The position numbers and the translations under genes are program-made. From Squalus acanthias (Eukaryota): a DNA stretch of 64,000 nt. Position 1 is the first letter of the stretch. The number at the start of each line of letters is the position of its first letter. This document shows, in pieces, positions 50,351-62,440 of this stretch. The stretch covers positions 132,494,001-132,558,000 of the forward strand of contig CM059434.1 in assembly GCA_030390025.1 (NCBI GenBank), read 5' to 3'. The notes under the pieces are model-generated. The model searched no databases. It saw only the letters and a program-made list of their open reading frames with translations, and was not told the origin of the DNA.

Positions 50351-51559
50351 GGCAATCTGTTGGGAGCCGAGAGAAATGCTCCTGCATAGCAATGCATGGG
50401 AGAAGGGGAAAGAGAAGGAGAGAAGCAAAATGGAGTCTTTATTCTGACCGATTAAACGCAATTAAAATGCAAACACCTACCTCGCGTTTTGAATGCTCAC
50501 CTCTTCATCTTTCAGTTTCTTGTCTGAATGGAAGGTCAGGCTACTCTGTACAACCATTGGCTCCTGTGATTTTAAATGTTGCATTAAGTTCAGTTAGTTG
50601 TGTACCAGCTATTCCATGCCGGATCCTGGTTGTACTGAATCGTACTGTGGTGACAGACCTGTTTGTATTGTGCATGTAGGATTGAAGATATGATTGTTGA
50701 TGGGCAACCCTACATATGTCCTACACCAGATGAGATGGATTTAAATTTTGGAGGGGAATGAAGGTGCCATCCAGAAGATCTCCTGTACTGGGGCCTAAAC
50801 ACTATATTGACATGATCTCTTCACTGGTGAATTATTGCTGCACCTCTCCCTGTTTTCTTTGGATGGGGGAGGTAGTACTTAGAGAAGTATCAGTTATTGT
50901 GATGTTGGGGGTGATACTACATTTTGACTGGTTCAAATTCTGCAACAACAGCTTATTAGCTGCTTAGTTTCCTGAAAATCTGACTAGCGATGAGCTCGCT
51001 TTCCTCCAGTGGTGTAGATATCAGCTGTTCAGCTTTAGATGTTAGAACTGTCATGTAGGAGATGGCAGCATGTGCTTCCGAGTGATAAAGAAACCTTGCA
51101 CTGGCATTGCTTGTTCAGCTTTGGCTTACAGCTATCGGAAGGAGAGAAGACTCCAGCTGGATTGAACTAGTTTGAATGAGCTTGGAGTTTTAAAGAGAGA
51201 CTATTTTTCCCTCGCGTAGAATGAACCTTAACACCAGTTGGATTCAACCTGCATGACAATGGGATATTGTAAACATCTGTCCATTTTTAAGTGAGAGCAT
51301 TCTCCTATTCTCTGAACCTTAACACCACTTGAATTCATTCTGCACTACAATGGGCTGTTATAACCATGTTCTCGTAAGCAAATCCTCTTCAATCACCCAC
51401 TTTCATTGGTAAGATCCCCTATCACAATTCAGTCAGTGCATGCGTATACATTTCTTTGCACTTGAAGCAAAAGGATTTGGGAGCAGTTTGGTGTCCTTGT
51501 ACGGATGTCAACTCCCAAGTGTGCAGAAAAGGACATTCCTCAGTATTTATTCTCGGTTG

Positions 51560-51880
51560 GCATGTGGCACTTGGTGCATTTTCTGTCCTCGAGGTTTGGC
51601 CATTTGTGTCTGGAGTCTGAGTTCAAATCCAACCCAGTCTGCTGGCTGCAGGCATCCTGTGTAAAATAATTGTGGTAGTCTCAGTCCAACTCTTAGTGAA
51701 CCCAAAACCATTGATACTTTGATGCGGTACACTCAATCTTACTCGGGGATAGAAAATAGAAAGAATGGCCCTGTTTGCAGGAGGGAGTGAGGCCAAGTAG
51801 AAGGATCTAGCCTTGCTACATCTTACCTGAGCGTGGTTGTTGCTGACACTGGGTGCCCAAAATGGAAAGTGTTCCACTCT
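51560..51880 (+). mobile_element. LF-SINE-like element (degraded)
   Basis: GTTCAAATCCAACCCAG..CTGTGTAAAATAATTGTGGTAGTCTCAGTCCAACTCTTAGTGAAC resembles the recalled LF-SINE consensus (TTCAAATCCAGCCCAG..ATGTGAAATGAGTTGGTGGTCTCAGTCCAGTTCCTAGTGGAC). Confidence 0.5.
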
Positions 51881-54310
51881 TGATGAACATGAAATTCCTC
51901 ACAGAAAAAACTTTTGAAATATGTTTTGAGATATGCCAATCCAATAGTTACTTTGCCCATGTTGATTGCCTTGAGGAAGAAATGAGCCAGAGCTGAAATT
52001 TCAGTGCATTTTTGAAGTCATTATCCAAAAAATACACTACTTGAAAAAGAAAAGGAAGTTTCTTCCAAAAGAAAGTCATTTATTTTTCTCCCCCCCCCCC
52101 CCCCCCCCCCCCCAACCAAACCAGATGAGCAGATTTGTCACAGTGTGGGAGTGGGCACTATTGGTGGTTTTATGCTGTAGTGCTTCCTGCTCCCAATACA
52201 AGTAAGTATGACAGTTTCACGACAGCTGATGGCCGGGATCCCAGCCACGGGCCTAAGTAAATGGGTGGAGTTTTCTTGCCGTGAAACTGACCGGTTTGAC
52301 TCGTCTAGTCACAAATAAATCCAATAGGCAATTCAGGAGAGACTTATTTACCCAGAGAATGGTTAGAATATGGAACTCACTACCACAGGGAGTAGTTGAG
52401 GTGACTAGCAAATAATACATTTAAGAGGAAGCTAGTTAAATACATGGAGAAAGGAATAGAAGGGTATGTTGATGAGATTAGATGAAGAAGGGTGGGAAGA
52501 GGCTTGTGTGCAGCATAATCACCGTCATGTTGGTTTCCGTGCTGTTAATGCTATGTAATGGTGAATCTGGCGAGTTTACTTGGGCCAAAAATCATAGCCA
52601 CTGGCCTTAGCAAGCTTTGATGTTGTCATCAACTACGTGAGACCCAGCAATAGCATGGTTTAATGCAATGTAATAGCACCTTTAAAATATCTCGGACCTA
52701 ACCTGTAAAAGAAGAGACTAAGGCGAGACTAAGTTGAGACCCTCTTCGATCCTCATCCATCGCAATGTTCTGAAATCCAGTGTCGCAGCTTTGTCCCAGA
52801 AGCAATAATCTTTGGTTTTTTTGTCAGCTTTTCTCACCAGTCTTTCTCCTTTTCCCCTCAAAGCATTGACTGGAGTATGCTTCCACAGATGCAAATGTAC
52901 TATCCACTACCTCCTGCGAGCGACCACTATTCATGAGAGCCTGGACAGTGAGCACTGATGCACTATTGGACCACAGAGGACGTCACAGCTGAGCTGAACC
53001 CTGTTCCCACCCTGATGTCACACAAGTGCACATCCAGTGGGAGCAGCATGATTGAGAACTCTGGCTTTTTTTTTAACCCCTTCCTATTCCATCAGTCTTC
53101 CTGAAGCGACTTGCTGTTTGAAAGTGGCAGTAAATGCTCATTGTGCTTTTCTCCTTTACTATGAAATAATAGAGAATTTTAGATCGGAAGGAAATCCTGC
53201 TTGCTTGTCAAAACTGGGAATACACGTTCCTTGTTGGGAGGGATAGTATCGAGTCCACTATGTAGATGTGGCAGATGCTTTGCCGGTTTTGGCTATTCAG
53301 CTATATTTGCAGTGCTGCACTAACTGCTCCTGTGGGATAAGTGGTTGCAGTGTGTATTTGTACACAGATTTCTGTTGTCTCAGTATTTCTGAATTCTTGA
53401 CGTGTAGCACAGTGGTGGCACGGCACATCGACACTCTAATTAGAGCTGTGTCATAGATTGCTGGGTTGCAGGCCTGTGCAGCTAATATCCACACTGTCTA
53501 CTCCTCCGCCACTTCTCTTCTCTTACCCCCTCCCCCTCCCCAATTGCTCCACCAGTCTAAATTTTCAATCTCGACGACACCACTGGGACAGCACTGGGCT
53601 GAGACAAAGCACAACCTTGTGGGAAGAGATAGTCACCCTGAGCTGCACTCCCTCACTTCTTTGAGTCCAGCTGCAGAGCAGAATTGCTGGATGTTTCCAA
53701 ACCGTTTAGGGAGGCGGTTAACCTGTGGAGAGAGTAATAGGAAGGGGAGAAGAAGAAAATAAACATTTCACAAAGAATTCTAGAAGTGTTGCTCAATTGC
53801 ATGAGCGAGATGATTGGCAAGATATTGTTTGTTTACGAACATGCTTTTCTCTGCATCTCTCCTGAAGGCACTGACTGCTGCTGTGCTGGGGTTCTGTTCT
53901 GTTGACTTGTCCAAGGGCGATTATTCATGAGAGCCTGGATAACCAGTGTAGGCTGCCTATTTCACAGCGGTGTTGGGGGTGAAGAAGTGTGTCATCCAGA
54001 TTGTGGTTTCCAGCATAAGTTGCTGATTTTTTAAATTTATTTTTGCTCCCTTCTTTGGTAAGATTCATGTGCGACAGGGAGAAAAGAAGCCTTGAAAAGT
54101 CTACCTGTTATTCAGGGGTTACTATGTTTTACGCACTATGGCGAAATGCAAAAATTCCAACCAATTTTAATGCTTGCATTAACGTGACTTTCCAAGCATG
54201 TGCATGTTCTTGTCCAATGTCCATCTATACGTGTGCATTATCCCGTCGGAGTCACTGGATAGCAGTCAGGAGCATGAAGCTTGGCTGTTTTATTTTAATT
54301 ACTTCACCAC

Positions 54311-54343
<33 letters not shown>

Positions 54344-54555
54344 TTCAGAAGCCAATTGTTGTGCCCCAGCTGTGAACAGAGAATTCAGTACAGGATCAAA
54401 CCGGGAACCTTCTGATATGTATGGCTTAGTATCTTGCCAGGCTGTGCCTTAACCTACTAGGAAGTTGGAGGAGCTTATTCCTTGTTTTTTTTCCCTTTTA
54501 CACTTCCACGAAGTATGCAAACAGTCAACTTTTCAACAGTGAACTGCTTCTAAAG

Positions 54556-55345
54556 TGTCAACCTGGCCCAGCGGTAGCACTCTCACTGAGTCTGGAGGTT
54601 GTGGGTTCAAGCCCCATTCCAGAGACTTGAGCACAAAATCTAGACCAACAGTCCAGTTCATTACTAACGGAATGATGCACTGTCTGCAGCACCCGTCTGT
54701 CTGTTAAAGAAAGAAAGACTTGCATTCATATAGCGCCTTTCACGACCACCGGACGTCTCAAAGCGCTTTACAGCCAATGAAGTACTTTTGAAGTATAGTC
54801 ACTGTTGTAATGTGGGAAATGCGGCAGCCAAAATGCGCACAGCAAGCTCCCACAAACAGCAATGTGATAATGACCAGATAATCTGTATTTGTTATGGTGG
54901 TTGAGGGATAAATATTGGCCAGGGCACCAGGGATAACTCCCCTACTCTTCTTCGAAATAGTGCCATGGGATCTTTTCCGAGAGAACAGACGGGGCCTCGG
55001 TTTAACGTCTCATCGGAAAGTTGGCACCTCCAACAGTGCAGCACTCCCTCAGCACTGTGCTGGTGTGTCAGCCTAGCTTTATGTGCTCAAGTCCCTGGAG
55101 TAGGACTTGAACCCACAACCTTCTGACTCCGAGGTGAGGGTGCTACCCACTGAGCCACAGCTGACATCAAGTGGATATAAAAGATTCCATGACACTATTC
55201 AAACAAGAGTGGGGGAATTCTCCTGGTGTCCTGGCCAACAAGTAGATTAACTGGTAATTCATCTGATTGCTTTTTGTGGGGAAATGATTGTGAAGTGTTT
55301 TGGGCAATTCTGAGGGTGTGGAATGCACTGTATAAATTTCTTTCT
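54556..55345 (+). mobile_element. Old SacSINE1-like SINE containing a younger inverted copy (54706-55167)
   Basis: Plus-strand head at 54556-54705 resumes at 55168 (CAAGTGGATATAAAAGATTCCATG). The inner copy runs from head to tail on the minus strand. Confidence 0.8.
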
Positions 55346-56104
55346 AGACTTTATTGTTCTGACAAATGTGCTGAGGTGGTAAAATACAGTTCAAGATTAT
55401 AATGTTTGACCTCGGTCTTCCTGGTGAGGATGAGAATTTTCCTGTACCCTACACACTGGTTTCTATTTGCTGGGTTCCGTATGCGCCTTTGACACAATGC
55501 AAAAAAAATTCTGAAATTGAGACATTTTGCTAAATAGTAAATGCAATAATTCTCCCTGGTTGAGATTGATGCTGCTCATTAACTCAGGAGTGCTGCTGTC
55601 GCATAGGTGTCGTTTGTTGAAAATTGCAGATTTGGTGGTGTTTGGACATGTCCCAGTGGAGCGACACGTCTATTTGTTTTACACACCAAGTAATGTCTGA
55701 AGATTTTAACATTGCCGCAACTTACCAATACATATAATCTGCTCGACCGCTTTTGATTATCGGATTTCCTTATTTGCATGCTAGGATCTGTAAATGCTTT
55801 ATTTTTGCAAGAATTCCCTGGATTATGTGAGCAGTTAGTCTGTTTACAGGGCAGCCAAGGAATTCCACTGTTGAGGTCTCCTTCCAACCCAAGGGAGATT
55901 TTGAAAGTGGGGTCTCCAGCAAGTGCTGAAAGCAGATTTACAAAGGATTCAGAAGCTTTGGGTTATCACAAGCACTTTATTTAGTCTGATACAAAATGTA
56001 AATTAACTAAAGAGATAAGTGCACGTAATTTAAACATGAGAGAGTTCTGAAATGAAGATGTGTTGGAAAGTCCATGTGCTAAATATCCCCTTGTATTGTT
56101 ACTT

Positions 56105-56515
56105 CTGTACTCTCGCTTCTGCGTCAGAAGGTCATGGGTTCAATCCCTACTCCCAACACTTGAGCACGTAGTCTAGGCTGACACTTCAGTGTAGTTTCGA
56201 GGGAGTGCTGCACTGTCGGAGGTGCCATCTTTCGGATGAGAAGTTAAACCAAGCCTGCGCACTCAGGTGGATGTAACAAAATTCCATTGCACTATGGGTA
56301 GAAGAGTAAAGAAGTTCTCCTGGCCAATATTTATCCCAATCAACCAACATCACAAACAGATTATCTGGTCATTTATCTCATTGCTAATTTCGACATCTTG
56401 CTGTGTGCAAATTGGCTGCTACATTTGCCTACATAACACTTCAAAAGCATTTCATGGTCTGTAAAGTACTTTGGACGTCCTGATGCGCTATATAAATGCA
56501 AACCTGTTCTTTCTT
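56105..56515 (+). mobile_element. SacSINE1-like SINE
   Basis: B box GGTTCAATCCC, Deu core GGTGCCATCTTTCGGATGAG, tail GCTATATAAATGC. Confidence 0.85.
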
Positions 56516-57342
56516 TACTTTATAAATGGCAATTTCTCAATTAAAGAATTGCTCTAGCCGTACCATATTCCAAGCTGAGAGAGAATGAAAGTATCCAAAA
56601 CTGCGGATGTGCCAGTTTGTGATGTACCTTCTGTGTTATGGACTGTCAGAGGTGGGTGTAGTTATGCTGTTGAAATTTCACATTGGGATAATGAGATCTC
56701 CTCCAGGTACAGAATTACAATATGGAGGTGGAGTCATCAGGATTTGTTCTATTGCTCTGTCGCTTGCTCTCTGCAATCGAACATTGAGGAGTTTAAAGTT
56801 TATTGGAGGAAGTTGATGTTGAAGGTCTGCACTGACGTCGCACTTAACTCTGCACCCAAACGGTTTCCGATATGACTGATTTTTCAAAATAAAACTCCAG
56901 GCAGTCAATGAGTTTGTTAAATGACTTTTGCAGCTTGTGGTAATTTACTGGTTTCATTACAATAAAAATGTTCCGAGTGGCTCTTTTTTCAAGTGGGATG
57001 TGGATCGGAATTCCAAACAGTTCAGCAGCGGAAGTATCTGTTGGCAAACTTTGGCAGCTCCTTCCTTTTGAAAGGCCAAAGCTGGAGAATTGCCTTAAAA
57101 CGGTTTGAGTTCAGACATGAGCTGTGTATAAAAATGTTGCTTTTATTGCTGCTTTGCTCTATTAACCTCTTCTCTCAAATAGGCCTCTTGCCTATTTCCG
57201 TTTGATTTGTATGTAATTTTTGACCCCACCCACCTAATGGCTGCACAGTAAAGCAGGTTTTTATTGCTCTGTTGCCCTCCTATGCCTGATTTGGTCGAGG
57301 GTTTTGCAAATAACCAAGGTTAATATTGCGTCCTTTTAGCAC

Positions 57343-57652
57343 CATAGAAGATAGGAGCAGGAGTAGGTCATTCGGCCCCTCGAGCCTGCTCCGCCATTCG
57401 ATGAGATCATGGCTGATCATCCAAACTCAGTACCCTGTACCTACCTTCTCCCCATATCCCTTGAAACCTTTAGCTTTAAGAAATATATCTAACTCATTCT
57501 TGAATATATTTAATGACTTGGCCTCAACTACCTTCTGTGGTAGAGAATTCCACAGGTTCACCACTCTCTGGGTGAAGAAATTCTTCCTCATTTCTGTCCT
57601 AAATGGCTTACCCCCTATCCTTAGATTATGACCCCTGGTTCTGGACTCTCCG
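57343..57652 (-). mobile_element. CR1/HER1-like LINE 3' fragment
   Basis: GESRTRGHNLRIGGKPFRTEMRKNFFTQRVVNLWNSLP; closely similar to 37722-38030. Confidence 0.92.
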
Positions 57653-60139
57653 ACCTTTGTTTCCCAAGACCAAGCACACAAGGACATAATCATAGTTGAA
57701 GCTTTATGTAAAAAAAACACTTGGTTTATTGCAAGGGTGTAGCTAGCACTATCAAGAATATATATACGCACTCCCATCCATTCCAGCCTGCATCCTTGCG
57801 ATTGAAGCTTACCCTTGTGTACATGGCCATACGAACTATTTCCTATTCTCTGGGTCATTGTAAAGAAAATGGCGATGAATGGGCAACAATGCAAATGCCT
57901 TCCTGCCGCTGCAGAACGGAAGCTGAAATAAATTGTATGTAATTGTGTCCAGTCCTAAACGCATGGTGTACAATGACATTTTCTCCAAACGCAATTTAAA
58001 CTTTTCTATTCTAATATTTATAACTTAAAAGACACTTTTATAGTGCCACTGTTTTAGTTTGATTTCCAGGAGCTAACTGTCAAAAGTTTACACTAATAAA
58101 TCTGTCCCTCTTATTCCAACTGCTGACCCTTGGGCACATGAAAAGGCTAGGGTAAGAGAACTGCATTTGTAGTGTGGACACCAGTCTCCCAGAATGGGTG
58201 GCAGTTCATATAGTTGCTGTAGGTATTGAAAGGGAAGACTGTGAATTGTTTTTGAGCAGTGATTGGCCTTCTGCTGTTCCCATGTTCCAAATGACATTCA
58301 GCTCCTCGAGCCTAGTGGAACCACTCGGGTAGATTATGCAGTCCCAGCATGGAGTTTAGCCTGTTGAGAGAACTCATTGGGAGTTTGCGTATGGAGATTT
58401 TCAAGGGCAATGATATCTAAGAGGACTATCTGACCTCAGCCCTGAATTTTTGATGTGCACTCCCAGCAGGCTAAGGTCACTGCTGGGAGCACAAATTCCA
58501 ATAATCCCCTTCGGTGTTTGTGTGAACAAGTATTATCTCATGGCGGTGACTTTCAAATAATACACTGGCTCCAATATTGTCATGAGATGTTTTATAGCTC
58601 TGCATGGAGAAGCAGTCTCACTGAATGGATTTATATTTGTGCAGAGAACAGCCTAAAGTAAAATAACTATCCAGAGAGACTGGCAATCATGTCCAATTTT
58701 CAATAATTGAATATTGGATTCAGGGAGTCAGGATAGCTAACCCTACTTGTGCTTAACGGGTTTCATAAATGTTTACATGCGCTTGCAAAGTCTGGCGGAA
58801 GATCATCAATAATGTGCCAACTTTTATTATTATTGACGGAAAATCAACATAAACAATCTTGGCCCAAGGAAAACTCTCATCATACATTTCTTTAAATATG
58901 AAAATTAAAGTTTCAACTCATTTAACCATCGTTCATGCACATCAGGGACAGCATGATTAAGAACCTGCAATTGGGGAATTTTCAATTTTTTAAACATGAC
59001 ATAAAAATGCATTCAATGAAACTGGAAATACAGTGCAGGTCTTCGTGCAAACAATTTTTTTTTTAAATGCACAAAAAAATTGCGATAAAACATCAGAAAA
59101 ATTACTTTGTTTCCTCCTGCAGCTGAAAATCTAATCGTAGTTTGAAGAGAATCTTTGAGCAAGCGCAATTGCAGGATACTCGTGTATGTGGCTCTGTTAC
59201 TTGGGGGACGGTACCATTATTTTGGGTAGTGATGCATTCAGGAGGGAAGGATCAGTAGACGATCATAAAAGATCATAGAAATTTGGACCTTTTGTACGTG
59301 CGCGTGTAACTCGTGCCCAAAATGCCGCAATCTTTTAGGCTGAGTATTTGATCTGCTTGCTCGTGTTTCTGGGCGCAAATAGGCAGGAAATTACAGGCCT
59401 AAAATGACTGCCGTGCTGAAGTGGAGAACAGGCGATGGTTAAGTGTCAGAAGTGATATTAGCATGCTACAATACGAAGCAATAATGGGAAACAATCAAAG
59501 AAATAAGCGATAAATGCGGCAGACAGTGTGTGACGAGATTAAAGAGGTGTGGGATAGACAGGTAGAAAGGGAAGCAGGAAAAACTGGCTGAGCTGAGCGG
59601 GCTGTAGTGGCCCCAAAAGCCTGGTTTTAAAAAAACAAGCAAGTTGACACCAAAGCTGTAGACACCTCACCAGCACGGTGCTCAGATGGAGGGTCCCCAC
59701 ATCCAAGTCAATGTTGATGTCATCTCAATTTCTCAATGTATCATTTCCTATATACATTGTTTGCCAGTCAGTGTTATTGCTGCGTATGTTAACTTCTAAC
59801 AAGGGATTGTTTGTTTAAACCTGTTCTTTCTGACACAACAAAATCTCCATCTGCCTTGGATGACAACAAAAAAAAGCAAAGGAAAGAACTTGTATTTTTC
59901 TGGTGCCTTATCCCATCCCTTTTGAGGCTTTAGAAATCGTGTCTCCATAGTTATTCATCATGGTCAGGTGTCTGACCTGGGGAGTCTATAACAATTACAG
60001 TACCAATAATTAGTCCCTGGCCACGAGCCGGTTCCAATTGAACCCAGCTAGCTTCAGCTGTGGTCGAGTTGGAACTTGGTGGAGAAAACAAGAAATCGAG
60101 ATCAGCATCAAAGGGGAGAAGGAAGGAGGAGGAAAAAGA

Positions 60140-60450
60140 CGATCACATCTCAAGGTGCTTCACAGCCAGTTAATTACCTTTTGAAGTGCAGTCATTGCTG
60201 TTATGCGGGCAGATGTTGCAGTCCATTTTTGCGCAGCAAGGTCCCACAAACGGCAGATGACCTGATTTTTGGTGGTGTGTGTTGAGGGAGAAATGTTACC
60301 CAGTCCACTCGGAGAGCAGTCTGCTCCTCCATACATAGTATCCTGACATCTTTTGTGTCCACCTGAGTAGGGTGACAGAGCTTCTGTTCAACTTCTCATC
60401 TAAAAGATGCAGCACTCCACCAGTACTGCAGTGAAATGTCAGACTCGATA
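60140..60450 (-). mobile_element. Degraded SacSINE1-like SINE
   Basis: Remnants TTTGAAGTGCAGTCATTGCTG and GCAGCACTCCACCAGTACTGCAGTG. Confidence 0.6.
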
Positions 60451-61319
60451 TATATTTGCGTGCATGATATGTATCCCAGTGGAGTCTGTTCTCTTGATCT
60501 TCAGCTGATAATGGTGTCTGTTGTCTGAATAGCTGGAATGTTACTAAAAAGTTTCCCTTTGATCTGTGTTCAACTTAAATTCTGGATTGCTAACTGCTTT
60601 TTTCTCCCATGTAAATAGCTATCGCCATTCTTGGATTGATTTAAGTACATTTTTGATGGATGTGCAATGACTTCTTCGTCAGTTGAACTTGTGTAAATTT
60701 CAAATTTTGGCTGTTACAAGTGTGAATACTGTACTGTCCGTCAAACAATGTAACCAGGCTCTGTAAAGGAAAGTTTAATATGCCTTTTGTTCCATTAATC
60801 AATGGACATTCAATTTCAGTATTGGTTTAATTAGGCTTGATTGATTTTAAAGGAAAAAACATCATTTTTGAAAGATGCTTGATTTAAGTGCCGAGAAATC
60901 ATAATCTGGCAGTCTGTGGGAGATTGAAGACATCTGTGTTCTGTGTGGAACATTATCTTGGAGAAACTTTTTTTTTTAAAAGAACTATTAAAGACTTGTT
61001 TCTGCTGTCGGAGATTAATGCTGTCATGGATTTTATAACAACATTACCTCGCTAGTATTTTGCCTGGTTAAACTATGGTATGTTTAACTTGTAATTAAGT
61101 GCTATGGTCTGTACCAGTATGATCCTGCGTGTGCTGTTTCTGATTCTACTGAAGCGTGGTGGAAATCCTTTGTAAATTCAGCATGCGGTATACCCTATTT
61201 GGATTAGTCAGTCGTTAGACCCAGGCCACATTGATTTCTGGCAAGGGCTCAGCACATTAACAAAAACACTCTTGCTCATGAGCACCATCCTCTCACGGTA
61301 AGCACTGTTCGAAGGAATA

Positions 61320-61581
61320 ATTCGCACACAGCAAGGTCCCACAAACCGCAATGAGATCATGACGAGATAATCTGTATTTTAGTAATGTTGGTTGAGGGAT
61401 AAATATTGGCCAGGACACTGGAGAAAAGCTCCTTTGCTGTTCAAAATAGTGCCGTGCAGCACGTCCTCAGTACTGCACTGAAGTGTTAGCCTGGATTTTG
61501 TCCTCGAGTTTCTGGAGTGGGAGTTGAACCCACAACCTTCTGACTCGGGCAAGAGTGCTACCACTGAGCCAAGGCTGACAC
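61320..61581 (-). mobile_element. SacSINE1-like SINE (internally deleted)
   Basis: Reverse complement of the head GTGTCAGCCTTGGCTCAGTGGTAGCAC, plus core pieces. Confidence 0.8.
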
Positions 61582-62137
61582 CGAGGTGGGAACAGGGTTA
61601 GATTTGTTTACAGCAGATTTCCTAGAAGTCATTCATGGTCTGGTTGACTTGAAATGTTTGGCTTGGGCCATTGAGTTAGATCATCAAACGGGTGATTAGT
61701 CTCACTGAGCCTGCTGCAGCTCTGATGTAGATATTTTCCAAACCAGGTATTTTGGCAGGGGATGGGCATTATAATTTAAGAAATACTGCTGGTTGAAAAA
61801 AGCATTTCAAAGTGTGAACTGCATGATATTAGAAAAACATGTCTGCTTTATTTTTTTTTGAACTAAAAAGCTATTCCAGAAACACTTTAGGAAGCTGTTC
61901 AAGTCATGCATCGTGATCTGGCACCCAGAGTTTATTTCCCCCCCCCACCCCCACCATTCTCCAGTTGAGAACTTTTTAGCCTTGAAATTATTGTTTAGGG
62001 TTGTTAATGGACAATAGCTTGATGCATTCATAAAACATTATTTTGTCTGCTATTTTAAAATAAATGAGTTAACACATCTGCCAAAATAGCCAAGGAATAC
62101 CTTCTGAACGAATTAAGCAGTTGTACAATGGTAATTA

Positions 62138-62440
62138 GAATCATAGAAACTTACCACAGAAAGAGGCCATTCAGCCCGTCGTGCCTGTGCTGGCTCTTTG
62201 AAAGAGCGGTCGTGCTCAGCCCCACATCCCTCGCTTTTTGTCCGTAACCCTGTAAGTTCCTCATCCTCAAGTACCTGTCCAACTCCATTTTAAAATTATT
62301 TATGGAATCAGCTTCCATCACCTTTTCAGGTAGAGCGTTCCAGATCCCGACAAATCTGAGTGAAGAAAATTTCTCCTCATCTCCCCTCTAGATCTTATAG
62401 AATCATAGAAACTTACAGCAAAGAAGGAGGCCATTTGGCT
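62138..62440 (-). mobile_element. CR1 3' fragment followed by a second ~45-bp 3' end
   Basis: TAGAATCATAGAAACTTAC..GAGGCCATT occurs at both ~62137 and ~62398. Confidence 0.85.
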
